A stretch of DNA of 41,620 nt from a virus. The notes below the pieces were generated by a model. It did not search any database. It was not told where the DNA came from and saw only the letters and a list, made by a program, of their open reading frames with translations. Position 1 is the first letter of the stretch, and each line of letters opens with the position of its first letter. The translations under genes were made by a program, and so were the position numbers. The stretch is taken from the UHGV virus genome UHGV-0179596; one strand, written 5' to 3'. This document shows, piece by piece, positions 16,963 to 26,164 of this stretch.

Positions 16963-17459
16963 TGCCTCCATCATTACGAAAAGCCGTTGCTGCTGCTATT
17001 GGTGGCGGAGCAATTGCTATAGCATCAGTGTTAATCACTGGCCCAAGTGGTAACGATGGTCTGGAAGGTGTCAGCTACATACCATACAAAGATATTGTTG
17101 GTGTATGGACTGTATGTCACGGGCATACAGGAAAAGACATCATGCTCGGTAAAACGTATACCAAAGCAGAATGCAAAGCCCTCCTGAATAAAGACCTTGC
17201 CACGGTCGCCAGACAAATTAACCCGTACATCAAAGTCGATATACCGGAAACAATGCGCGGCGCTCTTTACTCATTCGTTTACAACGTGGGTGCTGGCAAT
17301 TTCAGAACATCGACGCTTCTTCGCAAAATAAACCAGGGCGATATCAAAGGCGCATGTGATCAGCTACGTCGCTGGACATATGCTGGCGGTAAGCAATGGA
17401 AAGGTCTCATGACTCGTCGTGAGATTGAGCGTGAAATCTGTTTGTGGGGTCAGCAATGA
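16962..17459 (+). CDS. R: SAR endolysin (lysozyme, phage 21 R21 type)
   Basis: 165-aa ORF with N-terminal signal-anchor-release segment ([20 protein letters not shown]) and lysozyme body; matches R21 by recall; start overlaps S stop. Confidence 0.92.
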   Translation: MPPSLRKAVAAAIGGGAIAIASVLITGPSGNDGLEGVSYIPYKDIVGVWTVCHGHTGKDIMLGKTYTKAECKALLNKDLATVARQINPYIKVDIPETMRGALYSFVYNVGAGNFRTSTLLRKINQGDIKGACDQLRRWTYAGGKQWKGLMTRREIEREICLWGQQ

Positions 17460-17917
17460 ACAGAGTAACCGCGATTATCTCCGCTCTGGTTATCTGCATC
17501 ATCGTCTGCCTGTCATGGGCTGTTAATCATTACCGTGATAACGCCATTACCTACAAAGCCCAGCGCGACAAAAATGCCAGAGAACTGACGCTGGCGAACG
17601 CGGTAATTACTGACATACAGATGCGTCAGCGTGATGTTGCTGCGCTCGATGCAAAATACACGAAGGAGTTAGCTGATGCGAAAGCTGAAAATGATGCTCT
17701 GCGTGATGATGTTGCCGCTGGTCGTCGTCGGTTGCACATCAAAGCAGTCTGTCAGTCAGTGCGTGAAGCCACCACCGCCTCCGGCGTGGATAATGCAGCC
17801 TCCCCCCGACTGGCAGACACCGCTGAACGGGATTATTTCACCCTCAGAGAGAGGCTGATCACTATGCAAAAACAACTGGAAGGAACCCAGAAGTATATTA
17901 ATGAGCAGTGCAGATAG
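17456..17917 (+). CDS. Rz: Rz inner-membrane spanin
   Basis: 153-aa reading from [21 protein letters not shown]... with N-terminal TM segment and coiled-coil body; overlaps R stop. Confidence 0.88.
   Translation: MNRVTAIISALVICIIVCLSWAVNHYRDNAITYKAQRDKNARELTLANAVITDIQMRQRDVAALDAKYTKELADAKAENDALRDDVAAGRRRLHIKAVCQSVREATTASGVDNAASPRLADTAERDYFTLRERLITMQKQLEGTQKYINEQCR
17676..17858 (+). CDS. Rz1: Rz1 outer-membrane lipoprotein spanin
   Basis: 60-aa ORF embedded in Rz in the +1 frame; lipobox VVVGC and proline-rich PPPPPAW segment; matches lambda Rz1 by recall. Confidence 0.85.
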   Translation: MRKLKMMLCVMMLPLVVVGCTSKQSVSQCVKPPPPPAWIMQPPPDWQTPLNGIISPSERG

Positions 17918-17948
17918 AGCTGCCCATATCGATGGGCAACTCATGCAA

Positions 17949-18242
17949 TTATTGTGAGCAATACACACGCGCTTCCAGCGGAGTATAAATGCCTAAAGTA
18001 ATAAAACCGAGCAATCCATTTACGAATGTTTGCTGGGTTTCTGTTTTAACAACATTTTCTGCACCACCACAAATTTTTGCTGCATCGACAGTTTTCTTCT
18101 GCCCAATTCCCGAAACGAAGAAATGATGGGTGATGGTTTCCTTTGGTGTTACTGCTGTAGGTTTGTTTCCAACAGTAAACGTCTGTTGAGCACATCCTGT
18201 AATAAGCATTGCCAGAGCGGCAGAAAACAACATTTTTTTCAT
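17949..18242 (-). CDS. bor: Bor lipoprotein (serum resistance, Iss family)
   Basis: 97-aa reading from MKKMLFSAALAMLITGCAQQTFTV... with lipobox ITGC; matches lambda Bor. Track ORF begins 16 codons upstream. Confidence 0.9.
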   Translation of the reverse strand: MKKMLFSAALAMLITGCAQQTFTVGNKPTAVTPKETITHHFFVSGIGQKKTVDAAKICGGAENVVKTETQQTFVNGLLGFITLGIYTPLEARVYCSQ

Positions 18243-18722
18243 CTTATTATCCTGCATTGTTAAAAACGGCAGAATCCTATGTGACAACAATTAAACGATA
18301 GTTAAATGGATTGATGAAAATTAAAACTACACAGGTGGGCTCAGACTATTGGAGGAAGTTGGGGACACTCAGAATCCTGTGGAATGAAATAAACCGGTCT
18401 ATCCGTCCATTACCCTTTTAGCTGCGCTGTATCGTCGCCGTATTCCCGCATTAACCATGACCGTAGCCCGACGGGGAATTCCTTCTGCGTGAGTGTGCGG
18501 GAATAATTAAAAACGATGCACACCGGGTTTTTACCGCGTTAATGATTCGCGGGTTTATCCCGGTGCGATGGTGGAAGAAACAGGAAGCTGTATTACAGAA
18601 AGTGCTACTACTGTATCCCGATGCGATGTATGTAATGTGAGTCAGATAATGGCACAGGATGTGGTGATGTGGCAGTCTGGAACACAGGATATATTGTCAG
18701 AATAAGACCCGTAGGAATAAAA

Positions 18723-19049
18723 ATGAAAAGACGCCTTTTACTACTTTTTCTGTTATCTGTCCTGGCAGTGGGATGCTCGCAGCAAAAAGCTGATGAGCCC
18801 CGGCAATTAGTGACGGTGTATCCACGATATCCGGAATATGCTGCAGCAAATTATATCAAGGGGCTGGTTGAGGTTAAGTTCGATATTGGTGCTGATGGGA
18901 CTGTGACACGGATCGTTTTTCTCCGCTCAGAGCCTCATAATTTGTTTCGTGATGAAGTGGTGAAGGCCATGGCGAAATGGCGATTTGAAAAGAATCGCCC
19001 CTGTCAGGGAGTGAAGAGACAATTTATCTTTACGCCGTCACGTCCTTGA
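18723..19049 (+). CDS. Putative lipoprotein with TonB C-terminal-like domain
   Basis: 108-aa reading from MKRRLLLLFLLSVLAVGC (lipobox LAVGC) with SD AGGAA; body YPRYPEYAAANYIKGLVEVKFDIGADGTVTRIVFLRSEPHNLFRDEVVKAMAKWRFE resembles the TonB C-terminal domain signature. Confidence 0.65.
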   Translation: MKRRLLLLFLLSVLAVGCSQQKADEPRQLVTVYPRYPEYAAANYIKGLVEVKFDIGADGTVTRIVFLRSEPHNLFRDEVVKAMAKWRFEKNRPCQGVKRQFIFTPSRP

Positions 19050-19171
19050 TGCTTCCAGGTAGAGAGGGGCTGGAAGCAGGAGAAAAATGAAAGAGCCAGC
19101 GGTTATATTTTTGTCATGGCTGACGAGGAATGATGGAAGAAGGCGTTGTATGCCACACAACGCCTCACTGT

Positions 19172-19525
19172 TCATTTCTTCTTTTTCTCTGGTGGAACCC
19201 GATGAATAAGAGTTGCACTGGTTTCCGATGAGATGGCGATATACTCGGGCAAAGTATGCTGGCAGTTTTCCAACTGGTCAAAAATACCTGCTCTCGTCTG
19301 TTGCAATGCCTGCAGCATGCGGCGGCAATGCGCCTTGCTTTTACTAACCATCTTTCCTTCCTCTATCAGTCGCTGCGTGAACTCATCATGGAATACCAGG
19401 TAAATGCGGATGTTATCGGTTTTGGCTACGCAGCATAGTACAAAACGGACAGGTGCATCCCGGGACGGGGGAGGCGTCACATGTCCCTGTGATGGTTGTT
19501 CCGGGTAATGTACTGTGTGGGGCAT
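19172..19525 (-). CDS. Hypothetical ORF (uncertain)
   Basis: 117-aa ORF with no SD at its first ATG; an internal ATG (MVSKSK, 59 aa) has SD AGGAAGGA; overlaps the next ORF in another frame; ends in KKKK. Confidence 0.25.
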   Translation of the reverse strand: MPHTVHYPEQPSQGHVTPPPSRDAPVRFVLCCVAKTDNIRIYLVFHDEFTQRLIEEGKMVSKSKAHCRRMLQALQQTRAGIFDQLENCQHTLPEYIAISSETSATLIHRVPPEKKKK

Positions 19526-19664
19526 AAAAATGTCCGATAATTTTACTTTCTACCGCAGTTAGTTGATTCGTTGGTCCTGGTAGCACATTGGGCGAGGATT
19601 TAAATGCCAGGCAACTGAAGGATGATGTCGCAAGGGAGATAGCGAGAATATTTCTGATTTTCAT
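19413..19664 (-). CDS. Hypothetical small exported Cys-rich protein (uncertain)
   Basis: 83-aa reading from MKIRNILAISLATSSFSCLAF (signal-peptide-like) with SD AGAGG; C-terminus TGTCDASPVPGCTCPFCTM. Mutually exclusive in part with 19172..19525. Confidence 0.3.
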   Translation of the reverse strand: MKIRNILAISLATSSFSCLAFKSSPNVLPGPTNQLTAVESKIIGHFYAPHSTLPGTTITGTCDASPVPGCTCPFCTMLRSQNR

Positions 19665-19812
19665 TTGATGATGCCTCTGTGTGAAATGACGGTAAACGAC
19701 GCACTTGTGCCGGCACATAATAGCAAGCACCATAATAGATCAGATTCGATTCTTGCTGTAAGTGATAATTATTCTCGTTTTCGGGTCCTTTCCGTCGATC
19801 CAACAGGTTACG

Positions 19813-19824
19813 GGGCGGCGACCT
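19813..19824 (+). other. cosN cohesive-end site (lambda type)
   Basis: Exact GGGCGGCGACCT, the lambda 12-nt cohesive end, about 190 bp upstream of nu1, flanked by lambda-like ...CAGGTTACG and CGCGGTTTTTCACTATTTATGAAAATTTT. Confidence 0.85.
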
Positions 19825-20000
19825 CGCGGTTTTTCACTATTTATGAAAATTTTTCAGGGAAAATCGTGTCGGTACTTCTCGAATATAACTTTTTGTTTTT
19901 TTTAATATTGCATCCGTAAAGGTCCGACATGAAAGTGTCCGAAAATGCCTTTTTCTGGCGTTTTCATGTCGGGCCTTGTATTTGATAATGGGTTGTTTTC

Positions 20001-20549
20001 ATGAAGGTTAATAAAAAGAGGCTTGCCGAAATTTTCAACGTGGACCCGCGGACGATTGAACGCTGGCAGTCTCAGGGACTCCCTTGCGCCTCCAAAGGTA
20101 GTAAGGGCATTGAATCTGTATTTGATACTGCCATGGCAATTCAGTGGTATGCGCAGAGGGAAACTGATATCGAAAACGAAAAGCTCCGCAAAGAACTGGA
20201 CGATTTGCGTGCGGCAGCGGAGTCAGATTTACAACCCGGCACCATTGACTATGAACGCTACCGGCTCACAAAAGCGCAGGCAGATGCGCAGGAACTGAAA
20301 AATGCCCGTGAAGACGGAGTAGTGCTGGAAACTGAACTGTTTACCTTCATTCTGCAACGTGTGGCACAGGAGATTTCGGGGATACTTGTGCGTGTGCCGT
20401 TGACATTACAGCGTAAATATCCGGACATTTCACCATCACACCTTGATGTGGTGAAAACTGAAATCGCGAAAGCCTCCAATGTTGCAGCTAAGGCCGGTGA
20501 AAACGTGGGCGGGTGGATCGATGATTTCAGACGCGCAGAAGGCAGCTAA
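20001..20549 (+). CDS. nu1: Terminase small subunit
   Basis: 182-aa ORF beginning [28 protein letters not shown] (winged-HTH N-terminus), homologous to lambda Nu1, immediately downstream of cos. Confidence 0.9.
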
Positions 20550-22449
20550 TGCAGCCGGTGCGATAGCTACAGGGCTTTTATCTCTCATTATTCCTGTTCC
20601 ACTGACGACAGTTCAGTGGGCCAATAAACATTATTACCTTCCTAAAGAGTCGTCTTATACCCCGGGGCGATGGGAAACACTGCCGTTTCAGGTTGGCATC
20701 ATGAACTGTATGGGCAACGATCTGATTCGCACGGTTAACCTGATTAAATCTGCCCGTGTTGGTTATACAAAGATGTTGCTGGGAGTGGAGGCTTATTTTA
20801 TTGAGCATAAATCACGCAACAGCCTTCTTTTTCAGCCCACGGACTCAGCTGCTGAAGATTTTATGAAATCTCATGTTGAGCCAACGATAAGGGATGTTCC
20901 TGCATTGCTGGAGCTGGCTCCATGGTTCGGAAGAAAACACCGCGATAATACGCTCACCCTGAAGCGTTTTTCCTCCGGTGTGGGGTTCTGGTGTCTGGGT
21001 GGTGCGGCAGCAAAAAACTACCGTGAAAAATCCGTGGATGTGGTCTGTTATGACGAGCTTTCCTCGTTCGAACCGGATGTTGAAAAAGAGGGTTCGCCAA
21101 CCCTGCTGGGGGATAAACGTATTGAGGGCTCTGTATGGCCAAAATCCATTCGCGGCTCGACGCCTAAAATCAAAGGCTCCTGCCAGATCGAAAAAGCCGC
21201 TAACGAGTCGGCACACTTCATGCGTTTTTATGTGCCCTGTCCGCACTGTGGGGAGGAGCAGTATCTGAAATTTGGCGATGATGCCTCGCCTTTCGGTCTT
21301 AAGTGGGAGAAGAATAAGCCAGAAAGTGTTTTCTACCTTTGTGAGCATCATGGCTGTGTGATCCATCAGTCTGAGCTTGACCAGAGTAACGGGCGGTGGA
21401 TCTGTGAAAACACGGGCATGTGGACCCGTGACGGCCTGATGTTTTTCAGCGCCCGGGGTGATGAAATTCCGCCGCCGCGCTCCATCACTTTCCATATCTG
21501 GACGGCGTACAGTCCGTTCACCACCTGGGTACAGATTGTCTATGACTGGCTGGATGCACTGAAAGATCCCAACGGCCTGAAAACCTTTGTGAACACCACG
21601 CTGGGCGAGACCTGGGAAGAGGCTGTGGGCGAAAAACTCGATCACCAGGTGCTGATGGATAAGGTTGTGCGTTACACGGCGGCGGTGCCTGCCCGGGTGG
21701 TTTATCTGACGGCGGGCATTGACTCGCAGCGAAACCGTTTTGAGATGTATGTCTGGGGATGGGCTCCGGGAGAGGAAGCCTTTCTGGTGGATAAAATCAT
21801 CATTATGGGGCGTCCCGATGAGGAAGAGACGCTGTTACGTGTGGATGCGGCGATCAACAAAAAATACCGCCATGCAGACGGAACCGAAATGACCATTTCC
21901 CGTGTCTGCTGGGACATCGGGGGGATCGATGGCGAAATCGTTTATCAGAGGTCAAAAAAACACGGTGTTTTCCGGGTGCTGCCGGTAAAAGGCGCATCTG
22001 TCTATGGCAAGCCGGTGATCACCATGCCAAAAACCCGCAATCAGCGGGGCGTGTATCTGTGTGAAGTGGGGACGGACACCGCAAAAGAAATTCTCTATGC
22101 CCGTATGAAAGCCGATCCCACGCCTGTGGATGAAGCCACGTCGTATGCTATCCGTTTTCCTGATGATCCGGAGATTTTTTCGCAGACAGAGGCGCAGCAA
22201 CTGGTCGCGGAAGAGCTTGTGGAGAAGTGGGAAAAAGGAAAGATGCGTCTGCTGTGGGATAACAAAAAGCGGCGTAACGAAGCGCTGGACTGCCTGGTGT
22301 ATGCCTACGCGGCATTACGTGTGTCCGTGCAACGCTGGCAGCTTGATCTGGCTGTACTGGCAAAATCCCGGCTAGAAGCGACGACCCGGCCAACCCTTAA
22401 AGAACTGGCAGCGAAGCTGTCCGGAGGAGTGAATGGTTACAGTCGCTGA
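20521..22449 (+). CDS. A: Terminase large subunit
   Basis: 642-aa reading from [10 protein letters not shown]...; long collinear similarity to lambda gpA ([42 protein letters not shown]); overlaps nu1 end. Confidence 0.95.
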
Positions 22450-22639
22450 ACTGCAGGCGCTGCGTCAGGCGCGCCTTGATTTATTAACCGGTAAACGGGT
22501 GGTGTCTGTCCAGAAAGATGGTCGCAGAATTGAATATACGGCGGCTTCTCTGGATGAGCTTAACCGGGCGATCAATGATGCGGAGTCGGTACTGGGGACA
22601 ACCCGGTGTCGCCGTCGTCCGCTGGGAGTGAGGTTATGA
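22433..22639 (+). CDS. W: Head-tail joining protein W
   Basis: 68-aa ORF similar to lambda gpW (LTGKRVVSVQKDGRRIEYTAASL). Confidence 0.9.
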   Translation: MVTVAELQALRQARLDLLTGKRVVSVQKDGRRIEYTAASLDELNRAINDAESVLGTTRCRRRPLGVRL

Positions 22640-24228
22640 AACGAACGCCTGTCCTGATTGATGTGAACGGCGTTCCGCTTCGTGAGAGTCTCAGCTACAA
22701 CGGGGGCGGTGCAGGATTTGGCGGGCAAATGGCTGAGTGGTTGCCACCGGCGCAGAGTGCCGATGCGGCCCTGCTGCCCGCGTTGCGTCTGGGGAATGCC
22801 CGGGCAGATGATCTGGTGCGCAATAACGGAATAGCGGCTAATGCGGTGGCTCTGCATAAGGATCACATTGTCGGGCATATGTTTCTGATCAGCTACCGTC
22901 CGAACTGGCGCTGGCTGGGGATGCGGGAGACCGCAGCAAAAAGCTTTGTCGATGAGGTGGAGGCGGCCTGGTCGGAATACGCCGAAGGGATGTTTGGCGA
23001 GATCGACGTGGAAGGAAAACGCACGTTCACGGAATTTATCCGTGAAGGTGTGGGCGTTCATGCGTTTAACGGCGAAATCTTTGTGCAGCCGGTCTGGGAT
23101 ACGGAAACCACGCAGTTATTCCGTACGCGTTTTAAAGCCGTGAGTCCGAAACGGGTGGACACGCCTGGACACGGTATGGGGAACCGTTTTCTGCGGGCCG
23201 GTGTGGAGGTCGATCGATATGGCCGTGCCGTCGCGTACCATATCTGTGAGGATGATTTTCCGTTCTCTGGTAGTGGACGATGGGAACGGATCCCGCGTGA
23301 ACTTCCCACCGGGCGTCCGGCCATGCTGCATATTTTCGAGCCGGTGGAGGACGGGCAGACCCGTGGGGCTAATCAGTTTTACAGCGTCATGGAACGGCTG
23401 AAGATGCTCGATTCCCTGCAGGCAACACAGCTTCAGTCGGCCATAGTGAAGGCGATGTATGCAGCGACGATTGAAAGTGAACTTGATACCGAAAAGGCCT
23501 TTGAATATATCGCCGGCGCGCCACAGGAGCAGAAGGATAATCCGCTTATTAATATTCTGGAGAAGTTTTCCAGCTGGTATGACACGAATAACGTGACACT
23601 GGGCGGTGTCAAAATTCCGCACCTTTTCCCTGGTGATGATCTGAAACTACAGACTGCGCAGGATTCAGACAATGGATTTTCTGCGCTTGAACAGGCGCTG
23701 CTGCGGTATATCGCCGCCGGTCTTGGCGTTTCCTACGAACAGTTGTCCCGTGATTACTCGAAGGTCAGTTACTCAAGTGCCCGCGCCTCCGCCAATGAGT
23801 CGTGGCGCTATTTTATGGGGCGGCGAAAATTTATTGCGGCCCGGCTGGCCACGCAGATGTTTTCCTGCTGGCTGGAAGAGGCACTTCTTCGGGGGATTAT
23901 TCGTCCGCCACGGGCACGTTTTGATTTTTATCAGGCGCGATCAGCCTGGTCACGGGCAGAGTGGATTGGTGCCGGAAGAATGGCCATTGACGGGCTCAAG
24001 GAAGTCCAGGAATCAGTGATGCGCATTGAGGCCGGACTGAGCACGTATGAGAAAGAGCTGGCGCTGATGGGCGAGGATTATCAGGACATTTTCCGCCAGC
24101 AGGTCAGGGAATCTGCTGAGCGGCAAAAAGCCGGACTCTCACGTCCGGTGTGGATAGAGCAGGCGTATCAGCAGCAGATAGCGGAGAGTCGCAGGCCGGA
24201 AGAGGAGACAACACCACGTGAGACGTAA
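22636..24228 (+). CDS. B: Portal protein
   Basis: 530-aa reading from MKRTPVLIDVNG...; matches lambda gpB; ATGA overlap with W. Confidence 0.95.
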   Translation: MKRTPVLIDVNGVPLRESLSYNGGGAGFGGQMAEWLPPAQSADAALLPALRLGNARADDLVRNNGIAANAVALHKDHIVGHMFLISYRPNWRWLGMRETAAKSFVDEVEAAWSEYAEGMFGEIDVEGKRTFTEFIREGVGVHAFNGEIFVQPVWDTETTQLFRTRFKAVSPKRVDTPGHGMGNRFLRAGVEVDRYGRAVAYHICEDDFPFSGSGRWERIPRELPTGRPAMLHIFEPVEDGQTRGANQFYSVMERLKMLDSLQATQLQSAIVKAMYAATIESELDTEKAFEYIAGAPQEQKDNPLINILEKFSSWYDTNNVTLGGVKIPHLFPGDDLKLQTAQDSDNGFSALEQALLRYIAAGLGVSYEQLSRDYSKVSYSSARASANESWRYFMGRRKFIAARLATQMFSCWLEEALLRGIIRPPRARFDFYQARSAWSRAEWIGAGRMAIDGLKEVQESVMRIEAGLSTYEKELALMGEDYQDIFRQQVRESAERQKAGLSRPVWIEQAYQQQIAESRRPEEETTPRET

Positions 24229-25723
24229 TCTTTCACACATTATTGCCGCAGCATTCAATGAACCGCTGCTTCTGGAGCCCGCCTATGCGCGGGTTTTCTT
24301 TTGCGCGCTCGGGCGCGAGATGGGGGCAGCAAGTCTTTCGGTACCACAACAGCAGGTACAGTTTGATGCTCCCGGAATGCTGGCTGAAACGGACGAGTAC
24401 ATGGCCGGAGGTAAACGACCGGCCCGTGTTTACCGGGTGGTGAACGGTATTGCTGTACTGCCGGTGACCGGCACGCTGGTGCACCGGCTGGGTGGTATGC
24501 GGCCATTTTCCGGAATGACAGGCTATGACGGCATTGTCGCCTGTCTTCAGCAGGCAATGGCGGATAGCCAGGTGCGGGGCGTACTGCTGGACATTGACAG
24601 TCCGGGCGGGCAGGCCGCCGGCGCGTTTGACTGCGCTGACATGATTTACCGCCTCCGTCAGCAGAAGCCGGTCTGGGCACTGTGCAATGACACGGCCTGT
24701 TCTGCAGCCATGCTGCTGGCGTCGGCCTGCTCCCGACGGCTGGTTACCCAGACATCCCGTATCGGCTCCATTGGCGTGATGATGAGCCATGTCAGCTATG
24801 CCGGTCATCTGGCGCAGGCCGGTGTGGATATCACGCTGATTTACTCAGGGGCGCACAAGGTGGATGGCAATCAGTTTGAAGCGTTGCCGGCAGAGGTTCG
24901 CCAGGACATGCAGCAGCGGATTGATGCGGCGCGCCGGATGTTTGCCGAAAAAGTGGCGATGTATACCGGTCTGTCTGTTGATGCCGTCACGGGAACAGAG
25001 GCTGCCGTTTTTGAAGGTCAGTCCGGCATTGAGGCCGGGCTGGCGGATGAATTAATCAATGCGTCGGATGCCATCAGTGTGATGGCCACGGCGCTGAACA
25101 GTAATGTCAGAGGAGGCACTATGCCGCAATTAACTGCAACGGAAGCCGCCGCGCAGGAGAACCAGCGAGTGATGGGGATCCTGACATGCCAGGAAGCGAA
25201 AGGACGTGAACAGCTTGCCACGATGCTGGCAGGACAACAGGGCATGAGCGTTGAACAGGCCCGGGCGATTCTGGCCGCGGCGGCACCGCAGCAGCCGGTG
25301 GCATCCACGCAGAGTGAAGCCGATCGCATTATGGTGTGTGAAGAAGCGAACGGTCGTGAACAACTGGCGGCAACGCTGGCGGCGATGCCGGAGATGACGG
25401 TGGAAAAAGCCCGCCCGATCCTGGCTGCTTCACCGCAGGCGGATGCCGGACCATCACTCCGTGATCAGATCATGGCACTGGATGAGGCAAAAGGGGCTGA
25501 GGCGCAGGCTGAACAGCTGGCTGCCTGCCCGGGAATGACAGTGGAGAGCGCCCGGGCTGTGCTGGCTGCGGGATCAGGTAAGGCAGAACCGGTCTCTGCA
25601 TCCACAACCGCCATGTTTGAACATTTCATGGCGAACCATTCACCGGCAGCGGTACAGGGTGGCGTGGCACAGACGTCAGCAGACGGTGATGCGGACGTGA
25701 AAATGCTCATGGCCATGCCATGA
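24218..25723 (+). CDS. C: Head maturation protease C (S49 family) with nested scaffold region
   Basis: 501-aa ORF with GTG start overlapping B; N-terminal part matches lambda gpC (AFNEPLLLEPAYARVFFCAL, VWALCNDTACSAAMLLASACSRRLVTQTSRIGSIGVMMSH). Confidence 0.92.
   Translation: MRRNLSHIIAAAFNEPLLLEPAYARVFFCALGREMGAASLSVPQQQVQFDAPGMLAETDEYMAGGKRPARVYRVVNGIAVLPVTGTLVHRLGGMRPFSGMTGYDGIVACLQQAMADSQVRGVLLDIDSPGGQAAGAFDCADMIYRLRQQKPVWALCNDTACSAAMLLASACSRRLVTQTSRIGSIGVMMSHVSYAGHLAQAGVDITLIYSGAHKVDGNQFEALPAEVRQDMQQRIDAARRMFAEKVAMYTGLSVDAVTGTEAAVFEGQSGIEAGLADELINASDAISVMATALNSNVRGGTMPQLTATEAAAQENQRVMGILTCQEAKGREQLATMLAGQQGMSVEQARAILAAAAPQQPVASTQSEADRIMVCEEANGREQLAATLAAMPEMTVEKARPILAASPQADAGPSLRDQIMALDEAKGAEAQAEQLAACPGMTVESARAVLAAGSGKAEPVSASTTAMFEHFMANHSPAAVQGGVAQTSADGDADVKMLMAMP
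25121..25723 (+). CDS. nu3: Nu3-like scaffold from an in-frame internal start in C
   Basis: In-frame ATG at codon 302 of C preceded by SD AGGAGG; product carries the RIMGIL...AHGRE... motif known from lambda Nu3, here present three times. Confidence 0.7.
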   Translation: MPQLTATEAAAQENQRVMGILTCQEAKGREQLATMLAGQQGMSVEQARAILAAAAPQQPVASTQSEADRIMVCEEANGREQLAATLAAMPEMTVEKARPILAASPQADAGPSLRDQIMALDEAKGAEAQAEQLAACPGMTVESARAVLAAGSGKAEPVSASTTAMFEHFMANHSPAAVQGGVAQTSADGDADVKMLMAMP

Positions 25724-25759
25724 AGTCAGTGCTGACCATCAATAGGAGGTTTTTACAAT

Positions 25760-26107
25760 ATGGTGACGAAAACCATCACTGAACAGCGTGCGGAAGTACG
25801 TATTTTTGCCGGTAATGATCCGGCTCATACCGCCACAGGCAGCAGCGGGATTTCCTCGCCAACACCGGCACTGACGCCCCTGATGCTGGATGAAGCCACC
25901 GGGAAACTGGTGGTCTGGGACGGACAGAAAGCCGGTAGTGCGGTTGGCATACTGGTACTGCCGCTTGAAGGCACAGAGACGGCGCTGACGTATTACAAGT
26001 CGGGAACCTTTGCGACGGAGGCAATCCACTGGCCTGAAAGTGTGGATGAACACAAAAAGGCCAACGCCTTTGCTGGCAGTGCCCTGAGTCACGCGGCGCT
26101 GCCGTAA
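25760..26107 (+). CDS. D: Head decoration protein D
   Basis: 115-aa ORF similar to lambda gpD (NDPAHTATG, TPLMLD, LVVWDG, FAGSA). Confidence 0.92.
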   Translation: MVTKTITEQRAEVRIFAGNDPAHTATGSSGISSPTPALTPLMLDEATGKLVVWDGQKAGSAVGILVLPLEGTETALTYYKSGTFATEAIHWPESVDEHKKANAFAGSALSHAALP

Positions 26108-26164
26108 CACGTTATCAGGCCACCGCGGTGGCCTGACTGATTTCTGAATGAAAGGAACTGATTT

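Noticed and set aside
22465-23622. Minus-strand ORFs of 198 aa and 168 aa inside the portal gene
   Set aside because: Antisense to gene B; low-complexity translations; no independent support.
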